This document shows positions 12,788-27,419 of a stretch of 64,000 nucleotides of DNA, in pieces (the first letter of the stretch is position 1; each line of letters begins with the position of its first letter). The DNA lies in the NCBI GenBank assembly GCA_964016885.1, contig CAXHJY010001262.1, forward strand, positions 1-64,000, given 5' to 3'. The notes under the pieces are model-generated. The model did no database searches. It was given only the letters and a program-made list of their open reading frames with translations, and was not told the DNA's origin. The DNA comes from Eledone cirrhosa. Taxonomy: Eukaryota. Both the position numbers and the translations under genes were made by a program.

Positions 12788-13809
12788 ACCTTAATAAGAC
12801 GTCTACCTTTAGCAGTACACCTTAATAGGACGCCTACCTTTAACAGAACACCTTAATAAGACGACAACTTTTAACAGAACACCTTAATAAGACGACAACC
12901 TTTAACAGAACACCTTAATAGGACGCCTACCTTTAACAGAACACGTTAATAAGACGCCTACCTTTAACAGAACACGTTAATAAGACGCCTACCTTTAACA
13001 GAACACCTTAATAAGACGCCTACCTTTAACAAAACACGTTAATAAGACGCCTACCTTTAACAGAACACCTTAATATGACGACTACCTCTAACAGAACACC
13101 TTAATAAGACGCCTACCTTTAACAGAACACCTTAATAAGACGCCTACCTTTAACAGAACACCTTAATAAGACGCCTACCTTTAGCAGAACACCTTAATAA
13201 GACGCCTACCTTTAACAGAACGCCTTAATAAGACGCCTACCTTTAACAGAACACCTTAATAGGACGCCTATCTTTAACAGAACGCCTTATAGGACGACAA
13301 CCTTTAACAGAACACGTTAATAAGACGCCTACCTTTAACAAAACACGTTAATAAGACGACTACCTTTAACAGAACACCTTAATATGACGACTACCTCTAA
13401 CAGAACACCTTAATAAGACGCCTACCTTTAACAGAACACCTTAATAAGACGCCTACCTTTAACAGAACACCTTAATAAGACGCCTACCTTTAGCAGAACA
13501 CCTTAATAAGACGCCTATCTTTAACAGAACGCCTTATAGGACGACAACCTTTAACAGAACACCTTAATAGGACGCCTACCTTTAACAGAACACCTTAATA
13601 GGACGCCTACCTTTAACAGAACACCTTAATAAGAAGACAACCTTTAACAGAACACCTTAATAGGACGCCGCCCTTTAACAGAACACCTTAATAGGACGCC
13701 TACCTTTAACAGAACACCTTAATAAGAAGACAACCTTTAACAGAACACCTTAATAGGACGCCGCCCTTTAACAGAACACCTTAATAAGACGCCTACCTTT
13801 AACAGAACA
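12788..13809. repeat. 31-bp minisatellite, ~33 copies (AATAAGACGCCTACCTTTAACAGAACACCTT)
   Basis: Head-to-tail units with no unique spacers. Confidence 0.95.
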
Positions 13810-13826
13810 AAGTAATGTTTATTATA

Positions 13827-14009
13827 TTGGCAGTATCGGTAGAGCATCAGACATATTACTTTCCAGCATAGAGTTATGGCCCTTTGCGTTCTGAGTTCAA
13901 ATCCCGCCAATGTTAACTTTGCCTTTCATCCTAACGGGATCGATAAAATAAAGTACCAGTAATGCACTGGGGTAATTGCTGGCCTTGTGCCAAAAGTAGA
14001 AACAATTAT
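13827..14009 (+). mobile_element. tRNA-derived SINE
   Basis: A-box-like TGGCAGTATCGGTAGAGC, B-box GTTCAAATCC (13895-13904), conserved core CTTTGCCTTTCATCCT..CGATAAAATAAAGTACCAG and tail GGCCTTGTGCCAAAAGTAGAAAC. About 20 copies occur in the window. Confidence 0.85.
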
Positions 14010-15156
14010 ATTTACATGAAAGCAATGTTGGACGACGGAAGAGAATAGAAAAGTGTAGAATTTCTTATAAATGTTCTTCCTGCAAACATGGTTCCGTTTC
14101 CGATGTGAGTGTTAATGTAATGTTCTCACGATGACCTTATAACTCAGGGCGGAACGGGGGGGGGGAGGCGTTCCCTTGTATGTGGGGGTAGGAGTGTTGT
14201 GTGTGTGTGTGTGTGTGTGTGTATGGTGGGGGGTAAACCCTTGTGTAGGTCGCCTCGTGGTCCCAGTGGACAGAATTAGAGGAAACGTTGTTCCCGAGGA
14301 TGGCGTGGGAAACGTTTTTGAACAGTCATTCCAACTCCTGGGATCGCTTCTTTGGGGTAGCCGACTCCGCCTCGGTAGTAGGGAGGGAATAGGGCGGTAT
14401 ATAGTGTATTCATGAATAAATGTGTCTTTTTCCATGGCAGGTTGTTTATAAAGAATATTTGACTAAATTTCTGCTATGAAATGTAACACCATTTCAATAA
14501 AAGCACTCACAAAATGTTTACAAATAGTCTTTGAACTCCTCATATAAGATATCCTCCCCCACCCTCTCTATATATATATATATCAAACCATCAAACCTAT
14601 ATATCTAGATATCTATTCATATCTTCAACTAAGCCCTCTGTCTTTCCGTTTCTGTTTTAGCTTGCCTCTTTGCTCTAACTTTACCTACTTTTCTTTACGC
14701 AAGGCAAAAACGTCACTGACCAAATTATACCATACCATTATATACATAGGAGTAGATAATTTCCATATAAAAATATACAAGTAGTATGACCAGCCTCACA
14801 GCCTCCCTAAAGCATTTCGTATCTAATGCAGTTCCTTTTGATAACATGCAGTTGTTTCATATGCGGGACACGCCTATTCATGTTACGATTTTATTTTTTA
14901 CCAAAAACCAACCAAACAAATATATAAATAAAATAAAATAAAATAGATAAAAAAAAAAAAATCAACACAAAACTCTTTAAAGCTCCGATCAAAATATCCC
15001 ACAGCTTCAATCATAATTACTTTTACGATTCAAATCTAATCAACCAAATTACTTTGATTATTTTATTCACGTGGAAACTGTAATTATGCATTTCGTTCTT
15101 TAATTGACTTTCTACGAAATGAATAAATCGGTTTTTAAAGGGTGTAATTTGCTTTC

Positions 15157-15300
15157 AGGCGGCAAATTGTCAAAGTCACTAGAATGTCCGATAGAATACT
15201 TTGTTATATTTGTTTTGGCTCTCTGCCCTCCGAGTTCAAATCCAGCCAAGGTCAACTTTGCCTTTCATCTTTTCGAGGTCGATGAAAAAAGTACCAGTTT
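15157..15300 (+). mobile_element. tRNA-derived SINE (same family)
   Basis: GAGTTCAAATCC..CAACTTTGCCTTTCATCTTTTCGAGGTCGAT. Confidence 0.75.
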
Positions 15301-15687
15301 AGTATTTGGCTTGATTCTTTCCCTGCACACACAACACACACATGCACACCCCCAACAGAAGTACATACGCACACACATATTTATGCATATATTTTAGTTT
15401 GGATCACACACGAACAATTTCTACTCATTTTCCATAGAAAACGTTCTGTATATTTGTTTTGATTCTCTCTGCCTGTTCCTTGTTTTTATGATTTATTAAG
15501 AGCACCTTTGAAACTCGTGAGATTTGCTACTAGATGTTTCAACGGATGTAGAACAACGTTATATCTTACAACTTGATCGACAGAAATAGCGCTCGCTATC
15601 AGATCCCTTTGTAGGCAATATGATGTAATTATATAAGTAGTTATCTTCCAATGAAGAGATATCATTCTCTGAAACACACGAGAGTGC

Positions 15688-15741
<54 letters not shown>

Positions 15742-15821
15742 TTGAAAAGTAGGCAATATGATGTAATTATATAAGTAGTTATCTTCCAATGAAGAGATAT
15801 CATTCTCTGAAACACACGAGA

Positions 15822-15857
<36 letters not shown>

Positions 15858-15863
<6 letters not shown>

Positions 15864-16089
15864 TTGAAAAGTACCCATTTTCCATCAATTGAAGATGTAA
15901 AAAAAGCTGCTTTGACATGGTTTAAATCATATGGCCCCCAGTTTTACACAGATGGACTTAAAGGCTGGTATCAATGCTTGCAGAAGTGTATTGACGTAGA
16001 TGGAGCTTATGTTGAAAAATAAACATCATAACTTAAACCGTTTTTTTCCAACTGTCCTTTTTCCACGAACTTTTTGAAGCCCACTCGTA
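15858..16089 (+). mobile_element. Mariner (Tc1/mariner) transposon 3' remnant: transposase C-terminus plus right TIR
   Basis: The peptide HFPSIEDVKKAALTWF..QFYTDGLKGWYQCLQKCIDVDGAYVEK* is the typical mariner C-terminus. It is followed by the TIR-like CACGAACTTTTTGAAGCCCACTCG|TA. Confidence 0.85.
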
Positions 16090-16815
16090 GACTTTATATT
16101 TTCATTTTGATACAAAAGTCAGATTTTTTTTGTTTCCAAATTTAATCAATCCCTTGAATAGTCCCGTCAACCCATGGGGCTCAATATCACCCGCTTTCGG
16201 GATCCCTGCTCTACATAGTTGTTCGAAATGCTAAAAATACCAACCAAAACTCCATCAAATCCATTCCCTACTTCTGCCATATTAAGAATGCAACATTCTT
16301 TATTTATCTCTATTATTCGCCAATTCCTGCTCTGAAGTTTTTTTTTCTTTTAACTTAAAGTTTTTAACTTTTAACCCGGACATTGAAGCAATTTGAGATA
16401 AGATTCAAAATAAAAATCACATTGAGTAATAAAAATGTTTTTTAACATAGCATCAGGTTAACCCAAGTCTGTACAATGTGACATTGGGTAGACAGAAGCT
16501 ATGTGCACATCCATTTGGATAATATTCTTTCCCATAGCCTCAGTTCGACTTAACTTTGAAATTGGATAGACAGAATCTATATGGAAGCCCATTGGATAAT
16601 ATTGATCTACTCACACAATAACGAGTAAAATGTTCGGTTGGTTGAATAACTGAATAGTCATCGTAGAAACCAACGAAGGACCCATGAATTCTGTCAAAAG
16701 CTAGAGATTAGATTTTTCAACATTACAAGCTCAATTTATTGAGTTGATTAGGAAAAATTCAACTACAGAACCTCCTGCTTACAGCTTCCCTTGTGTGATA
16801 GTGTGCTAGAAATAA

Positions 16816-17133
16816 AATAATAGTTTCTACTTTAGACACAAGGCCAGCAAATTGGGAGGGGGGGTCAATTAAATCGACCCCGGTGCATGACTGGTACTTT
16901 ATTTTATCGACCCCATAAAGATGAAAGGCAAAGCTAACCTCGGTGGGATTTGAATTCAGAACATAAAGGACCGCAACTCTATGCCGACGCTCTATCGATT
17001 CTGCCAATCCACTGTAAAAAGTAAAATAATTGTTTCTACTTTTGGCATAAGGCCAGCAATTACCCCAGTGCATTACTAGTATATCATTTTATCGACCCCG
17101 TCAGGATGAAAGGCAAAGTTAACCTCGGCGGGA
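16816..17133 (-). mobile_element. tRNA-derived SINE, one full and one partial copy
   Basis: TTATCGACCCC..GATGAAAGGCAAAG..GGATTTGAA..GCTCTATCGATTCTGCCAA. Confidence 0.8.
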
Positions 17134-17417
17134 CGGGCCGTTAAAAAGTAACCAACGATCGGAGCCAAAAGCTGGAGTGTTGTTTAATAAATCAACTAAA
17201 TGAAGATATCAAGGTTTTGAAGCAAAAGTAACGTTAACAACATTTCGTGTCCTACTGACTTATATCTCAGTTTTTACTATGGCACAGTCTATTCCCCTTA
17301 CTTATTCTGTATTATCATTCTATCAGAATTCCAACTGCTTACAAACAGCCGTTTCTTTCAGTCTTTAGACAAGAGTTCCTCCTGCAAAATGTACACACAC
17401 ACACACACATGTACACA

Positions 17418-17485
<68 letters not shown>

Positions 17486-17764
17486 AACACACACACACAG
17501 ATAAACACACAGCAACTCTTCTGATAGTAAAGATAAATATGTTTACTACATTAGTCTAATCGTCTCAGTTACATTTGGAGAGGCGGTTCTTTTTATCCAG
17601 TCCAATAACAAGGTGTATCATCAGTTCTCTCTCCACCTGAAGAAGAGGATGAGTGAGAGTAAAAATAGAAGATGTTCAGTTAGAACTGCTAAAGGTCTCT
17701 CTCGATCTGGAGAGGACTTAGATTTAGAGAAGCTCCCACATTTTCAGACATGAATTAGTCAAAA

Positions 17765-18330
17765 CAACCCAGCCTTTCCTATCCCCAGTCAGGTCAGCTA
17801 CTTCTTTCCATTCTTTGTTCACCCGTCGTGGATCGTTACACAATGTTCTGATGCCAATACATTTTAGGTCTTCCTCGCTTTCTTTTGCTTCGAAGTTTTG
17901 CTGGCTGGAGTCGTTTGTGGTAGTCTGGAAAAGTGTTCAAGCTAGCTAAAGTACCTTTTGGTTGATTAGTTGGTAGATCTCATGTAGCAGTCTGGAAAGG
18001 TGTCCAAGCAAGCTAAAGTACCTTTTGGTTGATTGGTTGGTGTCATTTGTGGCACACTAGAAAGGTGTCTAAGCCAGCTAGGACACCTTTGCCAGATATT
18101 TGAATATACTGGCTACTGACCTGTTCCTTCCTTGAGTTTTTTTTATTTGTAATAAAGTCATTCCGTTTTGCAGCAACGATTCTCCTCAGATATTTGGAGT
18201 CAAATGTATCACTCCTTCAACCAATCCACAGAGACGAAGCAATCACTGAAATCCCAACAACAAATACATGCATAGTAGACTTAATCAGCTGTTTGGTTTC
18301 ATAAGACCACATAGCTCTGACCCCTGGGTG
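17765..18330 (-). pseudogene. Degenerate RTE-like LINE 3' remnant
   Basis: Minus strand reads SKRKRGRPKMYW at ~17850-17895, the R-x-RGRP-x-x-x-W motif of RTE C-termini. The rest is degenerate. Confidence 0.45.
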
Positions 18331-18937
18331 CCTTTCACCGAGTCTCTTTTGTTGTAAGCATTCAGATGAGGTCTCTATTTAGAAAGAATCTTCTTCTCTC
18401 ACTCCTAAAAGTCTCGAGGGTCGTAGAAAGAGGCATAGGCAATCTCCTTTTATCCCTAACTAAACAGTTTTAAAAACATAGTTATAGCAGCAGATACCTC
18501 CGACTGGTTCTCTCTAGATCTACTAGATTCCTTCCTACCCTCCCAGTGTTATAACAATTTATTGCATGCATGGTCCAATAACTCCTAAGAGAGTCGTATA
18601 TATTTCTATACATTTCTTCTTTTTCAAAGACACAAGACAGTAATGTTGTGAGGTTCAAGCCTTTCCGAAAGGCTTTATCGGACGAATTAACATTAATGAA
18701 TTGACTTTGCCGGGAGTTGAAACCAGATACGCAGATTTAAATCATTAGATTTTAATCATCTTACTTTACAACATTTCTTTTATGAATATTGTTCTCCCGT
18801 GAGAGTCTTTGGGTGATTCTAGAGCATATTTTAAAACCTGGCGTAGCCCATCTTCTCTCTGGGTTTGAAGGCAGCAGATTTTTCCCAGAGAAAGATAGAA
18901 AGTGATAGAATGGAAGTGAGAAAGAGATATAGAGAAA

Positions 18938-19081
18938 GAATCAACCCCAGTACTTGATTGGTACTTTTTTTTATCGACCTCGAATGGATGATAGGAAAAT
19001 TTGACCTCTGCCGGATTTGAACTCAGAGAGTAGAAATCCATTCTATTTGACGTTATAACGATTCTGACAATTTGCCGCCTC
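18938..19081 (-). mobile_element. tRNA-derived SINE
   Basis: TTATCGACCTCGAATGGATG..GGATTTGAACTCAG. Confidence 0.75.
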
Positions 19082-19762
19082 ACAATTTATTAACAAGTGT
19101 CATTTCATTTCTATAGAGGTGCTAACCATTATTACTTAGCAATGTTACATCACTATTACACAGCAAGCGCCATTAGCTGTTCTACCAAATGCCGCACCAG
19201 ATTCCTTGTAACATTATCAAAAGACTCAAGGCTAAAACTTGGTTTAGACCAAACAGCTGATGATGTAAACGACATTGTTATCTCAGTGAAGATAAACAGA
19301 CAAATGCAGATAACTATAGACAAATACTAATGAAAAGAGATGATGACAGATAAAGCCAGAGGAAGACAGAGTAAGACAGATTGAAGACAGATGAATAGAA
19401 GATGTAAACATTGAGTCACCACCTCTTCCTCCTCTTCTCCGTCACTTTGTGGGAAATATTGAGATGTACAAATATGTATTCAGCTGTGTACTTTAACGAC
19501 CCGGTTTCAGAAGAGGCTAGAAATTAGGAAATATTACGTAAGATAATAAATAGTATCATTCTTAGAAATTTATTTGCCGGATAAAAGAAAAAATATATAT
19601 TTGCGAGAGAAATGGACGTGGCTTCCAGAAGGTTTCATGGCAACAACAACAACAACGAAAATGAAAGAAAGAAAAGAAGAACAAAGAAAAAGAAACGAAA
19701 TTTGAAGTAAAAATATGGCACAAGTAGTTGAAGAGCTGAAAAGTTTGTTTTCGTCCTGCCTG

Positions 19763-20800
<1,038 letters not shown>

Positions 20801-20854
20801 TATCCAGATAAGAGTTCCGTGAAATATTTTTGAACATCGTACAATACAATACTA

Positions 20855-21412
20855 AGCATGTTGTCCGATGCTCTACCGATTCTACCAATCTGCCACCCTT
20901 ATAATATTTGTTTCTACTTTTGGCACAAGGCCAGCAATTATCCCAGTGTATTACTGGTACTTTATTTTATCGACCCCGTAAGGATGAAAGGCAAAGTTAA
21001 CCTCGACTTAGAGAAATATTGGTTACTGGCACAAGACCAACAATTTTGGGGTACGGGAAGTCGATTAAATCAACCTCAGTGCATTACTGGTACGTTCGTT
21101 TTATCGACCCCGTAAGGATGAAAGGCAAAGTCAACCTCGGCGGGATTTGAACTCAGATCGTAAAGGGACGTAACTATGCTGGAAAGCATGGCGTCCGACC
21201 CTCCACCGATACTGCCAATCCACCGCCGTTCTACTTCATTCCAGTACAATAATAATGGGTTCTGGTTTAGGCACAAGGTCAACAAAATTGAGGGAGGAGA
21301 AAGTCGATAACATCGACTCCAGTGTGTTACTGGTATTTATCTTATCGACCCCGTAAGGATGAAGGCATAGCTAACCTCGACGGGATTTGAACACAGCTCG
21401 TAAAGGGACTAC
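20855..21412 (-). mobile_element. Cluster of 3-4 tRNA-derived SINE copies
   Basis: Repeated TTATCGACCCCGTAAGGATGAA(A)GGCA at ~20967, ~21101 and ~21342. Confidence 0.8.
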
Positions 21413-21595
21413 TCTTCTCACTCTCTCTCTTTTCCCGTAACTCCTGATAGAGTCTTAGGGGCACCGTATTGACATACAGCGATTTAATCATCCTGGCGGA
21501 GCCCATCCCTCACCAGGCCTGTGTGCAGCAGATTTCTTCCAGAGAAAGATAGAAAGTGAGAGAGAGGAAATGAGAAAGAGATGTATAGAGGAAGA

Positions 21596-21748
21596 ATCAA
21601 CCCCAGTACTAGACAGGTACTTTTTTTTATCGACCTCGAAAGGATGAAAAGCAAAGTTGACCCTAGCGGGATTTGAACTCAGAGAGCCGGAACGAATACC
21701 ATAAATCATTCTATTAGACATTCTAACGACTCTGCCAATTCGCCGCCT
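21596..21748 (-). mobile_element. tRNA-derived SINE
   Basis: TTATCGACCTCGAAAGGATGAAAAGCAAAGTTGACC..GGATTTGAACTCAG. Confidence 0.8.
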
Positions 21749-23106
21749 ACACACCTCCACTAATAGCACCCAAAAGCCAGGTGATGGTGCGACAAATTAA
21801 GCGCTCTTCTTCCCTGACTTTGACAGCTTCTGAAATGACTCCCGTTTCTTGGAGCTTCTTAGCCTCATTCCACCTTCACCCAGACACTTCCAACTGATTC
21901 GTCTCTCTTTCTCTCATTACCCATATTGTATACCCACCCAATCCCACTTCTGGTCCTCAACTAATCCATTCTCGCCCAATCCTTCCTACTCAGAACCTCA
22001 AACATATGGAACTTCGGCCCTCTTTATATCATTTATATCAAAAGAGGTGGATTTACAATTGTTTAAGCAAAACATTAACGGCATCAATCTCTCCAGTCTT
22101 GGAGGGTCTGTGATGGCCATGGGCACTGTCCCTTCCTCCAGACCTACCAGACATCACTCTCTCCAGTCTTGGAGAGCCTGTGATAGCCATGGGCACTGTC
22201 CCCTCCTCCAGACCTAGCAAATATAAAAAGACAACAACAATTTTACTTATGTAAAATGCGATGGAGTGGTGCATGAGAAAAAAAATAAAGCACCCCAACA
22301 CACACACACACACACACATAAACACACACACAAAACAAAACAGTTCTGTACTTTATGGCATTTAATCCCAGGAGGGTTTGTTGGATGTTAATAATTTCGG
22401 TTGTCGTGATGAGGAGAAAGATGAGAAGGGTGAGGAGATAGAGGGGGGGGAGATGAAGGGGGGTAGGGGGGTAGGAGGGGGGGGATGGGAAGTGGGTGAC
22501 GGAAGATGGGGAGCATGAAGAGGAAGATGGGGAGCATGAAGAGGAAGATGAGGAAGAGAAAGGAAGAGTAGAAAAAAAGGGCGTTAGGAAGTTATCCCTC
22601 AACAGTTTCCTCGGGTACCGGCTTTTGTCTTTACTTAGAACATTCTGTTGTGTAACTGAACATGTCGGCTCCGTTTTTAGCTTTCATCTCAGTGTAGTTA
22701 AAATATTATTAATGCAGAGAAGTTCGATGAACTCTGCTACACCCCCGCTCCTCTCTCAGCAATTGCCTGACCTTGTAGAAATGCTCAAAAATCAATACCG
22801 ATCTAATTTGTGATTAGGTGCAAGGCATATATTACAATAGGTAAATAAGTATATTGTGATATCTATATGTCAAAATTTTTTTTATAAAAATCAATCATTG
22901 AACGCGCTAATGATGAGACCTCTATGTGGTAGCTCTACCTGCTAGAAATAGCAGCTAAATCTTCCTCCTATTAGTTCAGTGGTTCTTAATCATTTCTTTC
23001 CCAAAACACCTTTTATTTAAATGAATCTCCCCACACCTGTCCTCTCACACTAATTTCCTCACCTCCCCGGAAAACTATAAATCAAAGATGATAAATGTTT
23101 ATACTT

Positions 23107-23432
23107 AGAGAAATATTTGTTTCTACTTTTGGCACAAGGCCAGCAATTATCCCAGTGTATTACTGGTACTTTATTTTATCGACCCCGTAAGGATGAAAGG
23201 CAAAGTTAACCTCGGCTTCGAGAAATATTGGTTTCTGGCACAAGACCAATAATTTTCGGGGACAGGAAGTCGATTAAATCAACCCCAGTGCATTACTGGT
23301 ACTTTCGTTTTATCGACCCCGTAAGGATGAACGGCAAAGCTAACCTCGGCGGGACTTGAACCCTGATCTTAACCCTATACCATGAAGCATGTTGTCAGAC
23401 GCTCTACCGATACTGCCAATCCACAGCCCTTA
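23107..23432 (-). mobile_element. SINE dimer, near-duplicate of 20903-21225
   Basis: Same two-core arrangement with the GAGAAATATTGGTT junction. Confidence 0.75.
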
Positions 23433-23444
23433 TACTTAGAGAAA

Positions 23445-23820
23445 CATTGATACCCGACAGTATATGGCATGTATATATATTGATACCCGATAGCGTGTAT
23501 ATAGTATGTAGATATATTTATACCCGACAGTGTGTATATAGTGTGTAGATATATTGATTCCCGAAAATATGTATATAGTGTGTATATAGTATGTAATATT
23601 CATACCCGACAGTGTGTATATAGTATGTAGATATATTGATACTCGACAGTGTGTATATAGTGTGTATATATATTGATACCCGACAGTGTGTATATAGTAT
23701 GTAGATATATTGATACCCGACAGTATGTATATAGTGTGTATATATATTGATACCCGACAGTGTGTATATAGTGTGTAGATATATTGATACCCGACAGTGT
23801 GTATAAAGTGTGTAGATATT
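23445..23820. repeat. ~37-bp minisatellite (GATACCCGACAGTGTGTATATAGTGTGTAGATATATT)
   Basis: About 10 copies read directly. Confidence 0.9.
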
Positions 23821-24004
23821 AGAGTATAGGAAATATCAACCCCAGTACTTAACTGGTACTTTATTTTATTGACTTCAGAAAGACAAAAGCAAAGATTACT
23901 TCGACAGAATTTGAACTCAGAATGTAGAAAGTCATAATTAAATACCACAAAGCATTTTCTCCGACACTCTACTGATTTTGCCAATCCAGCACCCTATAAT
24001 AATA

Positions 24005-24408
24005 ATCACGAAGGACAGAAATGAAGCAACCATACTTCATTGGATATGCAATATAAGTGTGAGAGAAAGGCGGTGCTTGAATAAACTGAGGGAGAAGCTG
24101 GGTTTTAAGAGGAATCCGAGGTGGTGTGCAGGAGAGAAGACTGTGTTGGTATGGACAATGATCACCGGGTGTGAAGAAATGCCAGGAAACCACGTATATA
24201 ATGATGTACGTGGACAATGATCGTTGGGTTCCAGTGGAAGGAAGCCGCAGTAGAGGTAGACCAAGAAAGTTTTGGGCATAGGTTGTGAGAGTTGACCTCA
24301 AATCACTGAGACTGACAAAGGATCGCGACGATTGGAGGGATGCTGTACTGAGAAGGACTTGTCCAACCCACGCAAGTGTGAAAAAACGGACGTAAAAACG
24401 ATGATGAT
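24005..24408 (+). pseudogene. RTE-clade LINE 3' remnant
   Basis: RNEATILHWICNISV..LREKLG, then VEGSRSRGRPRKFW, DRDDWR and a (GAT)n tail. It is flanked by SINE copies (23835-23996 and 24415-24615, - strand). Confidence 0.75.
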
Positions 24409-24869
24409 TACTGCTATAGGCACAAAGCCGGCAATTTTTAAGGAGGGGAAAGTTGATTAAATCAACCCCAGTGCATTACTGGTATTTTATTTTATCGACC
24501 CCGTAAGGATGAAAGGCAAAGCTAACCTGGGCGGGATTTGAACTCAGAACGTAAAGGGCTGTAACTTTATGCTTAGAAGCATGTTGTCTGATGCTCTATC
24601 GATATTGCCAATCCAATGATCACAAAGAAGGGGCAGGTATAAATAAATAATTTCCTTTAGTCGAGGAATGTTATAACCAAATTTACATGTAAAATTAACA
24701 TTATCTTCAGCTCATTGCTGCTTTATAATTGTCTTAAAACAAAATCCTGTTTGTTTCTCATCACATGTCATTATTGATATAATTGTTATCATTGTTATAT
24801 AATTTGTAGTAGTAGTAGTAGTAGTAGTGATGTTGGTGGTGGTAAGTGGTGGTGGTGGAAAAGATGACG

Positions 24870-26670
24870 AATGTCTTGAAAATTATCCCAAATTGGAAAT
24901 CACCGGAACCTGCACCTGGTCCAGCGATTTTAGCTTAAGAATTTCACATCACTGCAAGATAGCTTGCTAGACTAGGCTAAACATGTGTTTAGACCATGGT
25001 GAAGTTCCTACATGTTTAACAAGCGGAGTAACTGTCAAACTAAACGTGTTTAGATGGTGGTAAAGTCTCCTCTACATGGCAGGTTGATTGATCGGTTAAA
25101 CGTGTTTAGATGGTGGTGAAGTCTCTATATGGTTAACAGGAAGAAGAAGCGTCCTGATACTGAAACATCCAGCTAAGGGAAATGTCCTACTTACCAGCTA
25201 ATGACTTAATAACTCCTAATGTGAAAGTTATTGACCAGTGCAATTGAGAATGAGGTTTATGAAGATCTTGAAAGACAAATAATTTTTCCAGAAAGATAAA
25301 AAGGATGCAGAAGAAAACCAAGAGAGTCACGTGATTTATATTGATCAGCAAGTCTCGAGGTAAAGAGAAACAGGAAGAAAAATGTAGCAACATGGTAGAT
25401 TGACTATAAAATGCATACAATAATATCCAATACTTCTACATCTAGGAGTGTTTCCAAATATTTAGTGTTTCAGACAACGTTGCAGGATTACTAAGAAATT
25501 GCACTAGAAATTAGAAAACAGTTGACATCAGGGAATATGGTACGAGGAGATATTAACATCAAAAGAAGAATTTTCCAAGGGTACGTGCTCTCACCATTAC
25601 TGTTCGCTGTGGCTTTGATTCCACTAACTTTAGTTCTCTACAAGTTTAGCGATGGCGGGATAATAAATAAGTTTGCTAAAAGTGCGAAGGCACTAAGCTC
25701 ATTTGTCAAAACTGTAAGTGTAGTGACTAAATATATAGGATACAATTTAGGATAAATGTTAGTATTTAAGAGAGGAAGATATAGAGTTACTTGATGATTT
25801 AGTGATCGAAGCGATGCGAGTAGGTGAAAGTTACAACCTGTGTGTTTTAGAGGCGGTTAAAATATTGTGTGAAGACATGAAATAAAGGTTCAGGAAAGAA
25901 TATTCTACGAGAGAAAGTAAGTATTAAATGCTAAACGTAGTGGAAGAAAAAGTATCACAAAAAATTAATACCTGGGCAGTATCTCTAGTGGGATATTTTG
26001 CTGCCATCTTGAATTGGTCAAGAGAACAGCTAAAACAGATAGATAGAAAAACAAGGAAGAATATGACGTTGTACATAACATATCACCCAAGAGATAGTGT
26101 GGATAGATTATATGTAACAAATAAAGAAGTGGGGAGAGGGTGGATTTCTACAGAAGATTTTGTTGATATGGCAGAAGTAAATTGGAGAAATATGTATGTG
26201 CTGAAATGTTCAGAAAGATTTATATCTTCAGCAGGGAGTGGAGAAAATGTAGTGGAAGTTGAAAATGAAAAAGCTGACAAAAGTATAAAGAAATGGAAAA
26301 AAGAAATAAATATTTGCGGAAAAGTCCTCCGTGGACAACATTACAGACAAAGCAAGGAATCAACAGCAGAGGAATCCTGGTTGTGGTTCGATAATAGTGA
26401 GTTGAAGAAAGAAACTGATGTTTATTTAAGTGACTAATCTTATCAAAGTGAACATTGATAAAGTAGTGGGAATGCCAAATGTAGAACGTGCAAGAAGGAC
26501 TCGTCCGTAACCAATATTATACGTAAGTAGTTGCAGTTGTTTGGTACAGAAAGAGTATAAATGTCGCTATGATTATGTAGTTAGGGCTCTATACTGCGAT
26601 ATCTTGTGATAAAGAAGGTTTGAAGTGAGTAGCAACTAGTATCAACACCTACCCGGGGATGTTGTTGAAA
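24870..26670 (+). pseudogene. Degenerate R4/Dong-clade non-LTR retrotransposon (RT region)
   Basis: PNWKSPG at ~24887; IKRRIFQGYVLSPLLFAVALIPL (RT motif, 25522-25755); INTWAV..W...L..IDRKTRK...HPRDSVDRLYV...GRGW (25928-26437). Multiple stops and frameshifts. Confidence 0.85.
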
Positions 26671-26734
26671 ATAACAGGCCCACCCCACGCTTAATCAGAC
26701 ATACAGAAAAATAATAAAAGTAAGTGCACGACTG

Positions 26735-27115
26735 ACAGAACGTCGTACAAGGTTTGCTGGTCACTTCTTTTGCGCTTGTTTCCGACATCTTGTGTGAGAT
26801 CTCTACCAGAAAGCTCAGATAACCAGGATTCCATAGCAAGAGACACTAGAATTGACAAGGATGACCTACAAACCTTGATGGGGAACAGAGACTGTTGGTG
26901 TGAAGTAGGGCTTGCTGTCTCACCTAAGAGTCACAGGTATTGACAAGGATGACCTACAAACCTTGATGGGGAACAGAGACTGTTGGTGTGAAGTAAGGCT
27001 TGCTGTCTCACCTAAGAGTCATAGGAATTGACAAGGAGGTCCTACAAACCTCGATGAGGAACAGAGAGAGACTGTTGGTGAAAAACTGTGCTTGCTGTCG
27101 ACCCTAAGGGTGATG
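26735..27115 (+). pseudogene. RTE-like LINE tail with its last 88 bp triplicated
   Basis: RRTRFAGH and ARDT.I...DL..LM.NR..W motifs; 88-bp units start at 26851, 26939 and 27027. Confidence 0.6.
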
Positions 27116-27419
27116 GATTAGATAAGAATTTGAGAGGTATTTACGATGTAATGGCTATTTTGAATATTTCATGGGTGTTTTAAGTCTTTTAACCATCATT
27201 TATCATCTAGCACATGTAGTGTTTGATAAAAACTGTAGACTTTCTGCACAAAATTAAATTTAGAATTGCCCAAAATTAGATTTGGAAACTCACACAATTA
27301 GATTTAGAACCATACAATCCAGGACCAATTGAATGCAATCCACACACCCTTCGCCCATAAGCTGACAGGTTCATCAACCGTGTTAGGTTGCCCTCATGCT
27401 TTTCACGGAGGTGTGAACG

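Noticed and set aside
12788-13809. 31-bp repeat array resembling a CRISPR array in unit size
   Set aside because: Units are head-to-tail with no unique spacers, there are no cas genes, and the context is eukaryotic. The same applies to the 29-, 42- and 60-bp arrays.
13827-13910. tRNA genes suggested by A/B boxes
   Set aside because: No full cloverleaf. The boxes are always attached to the same SINE core and tail in about 20 diverged copies.
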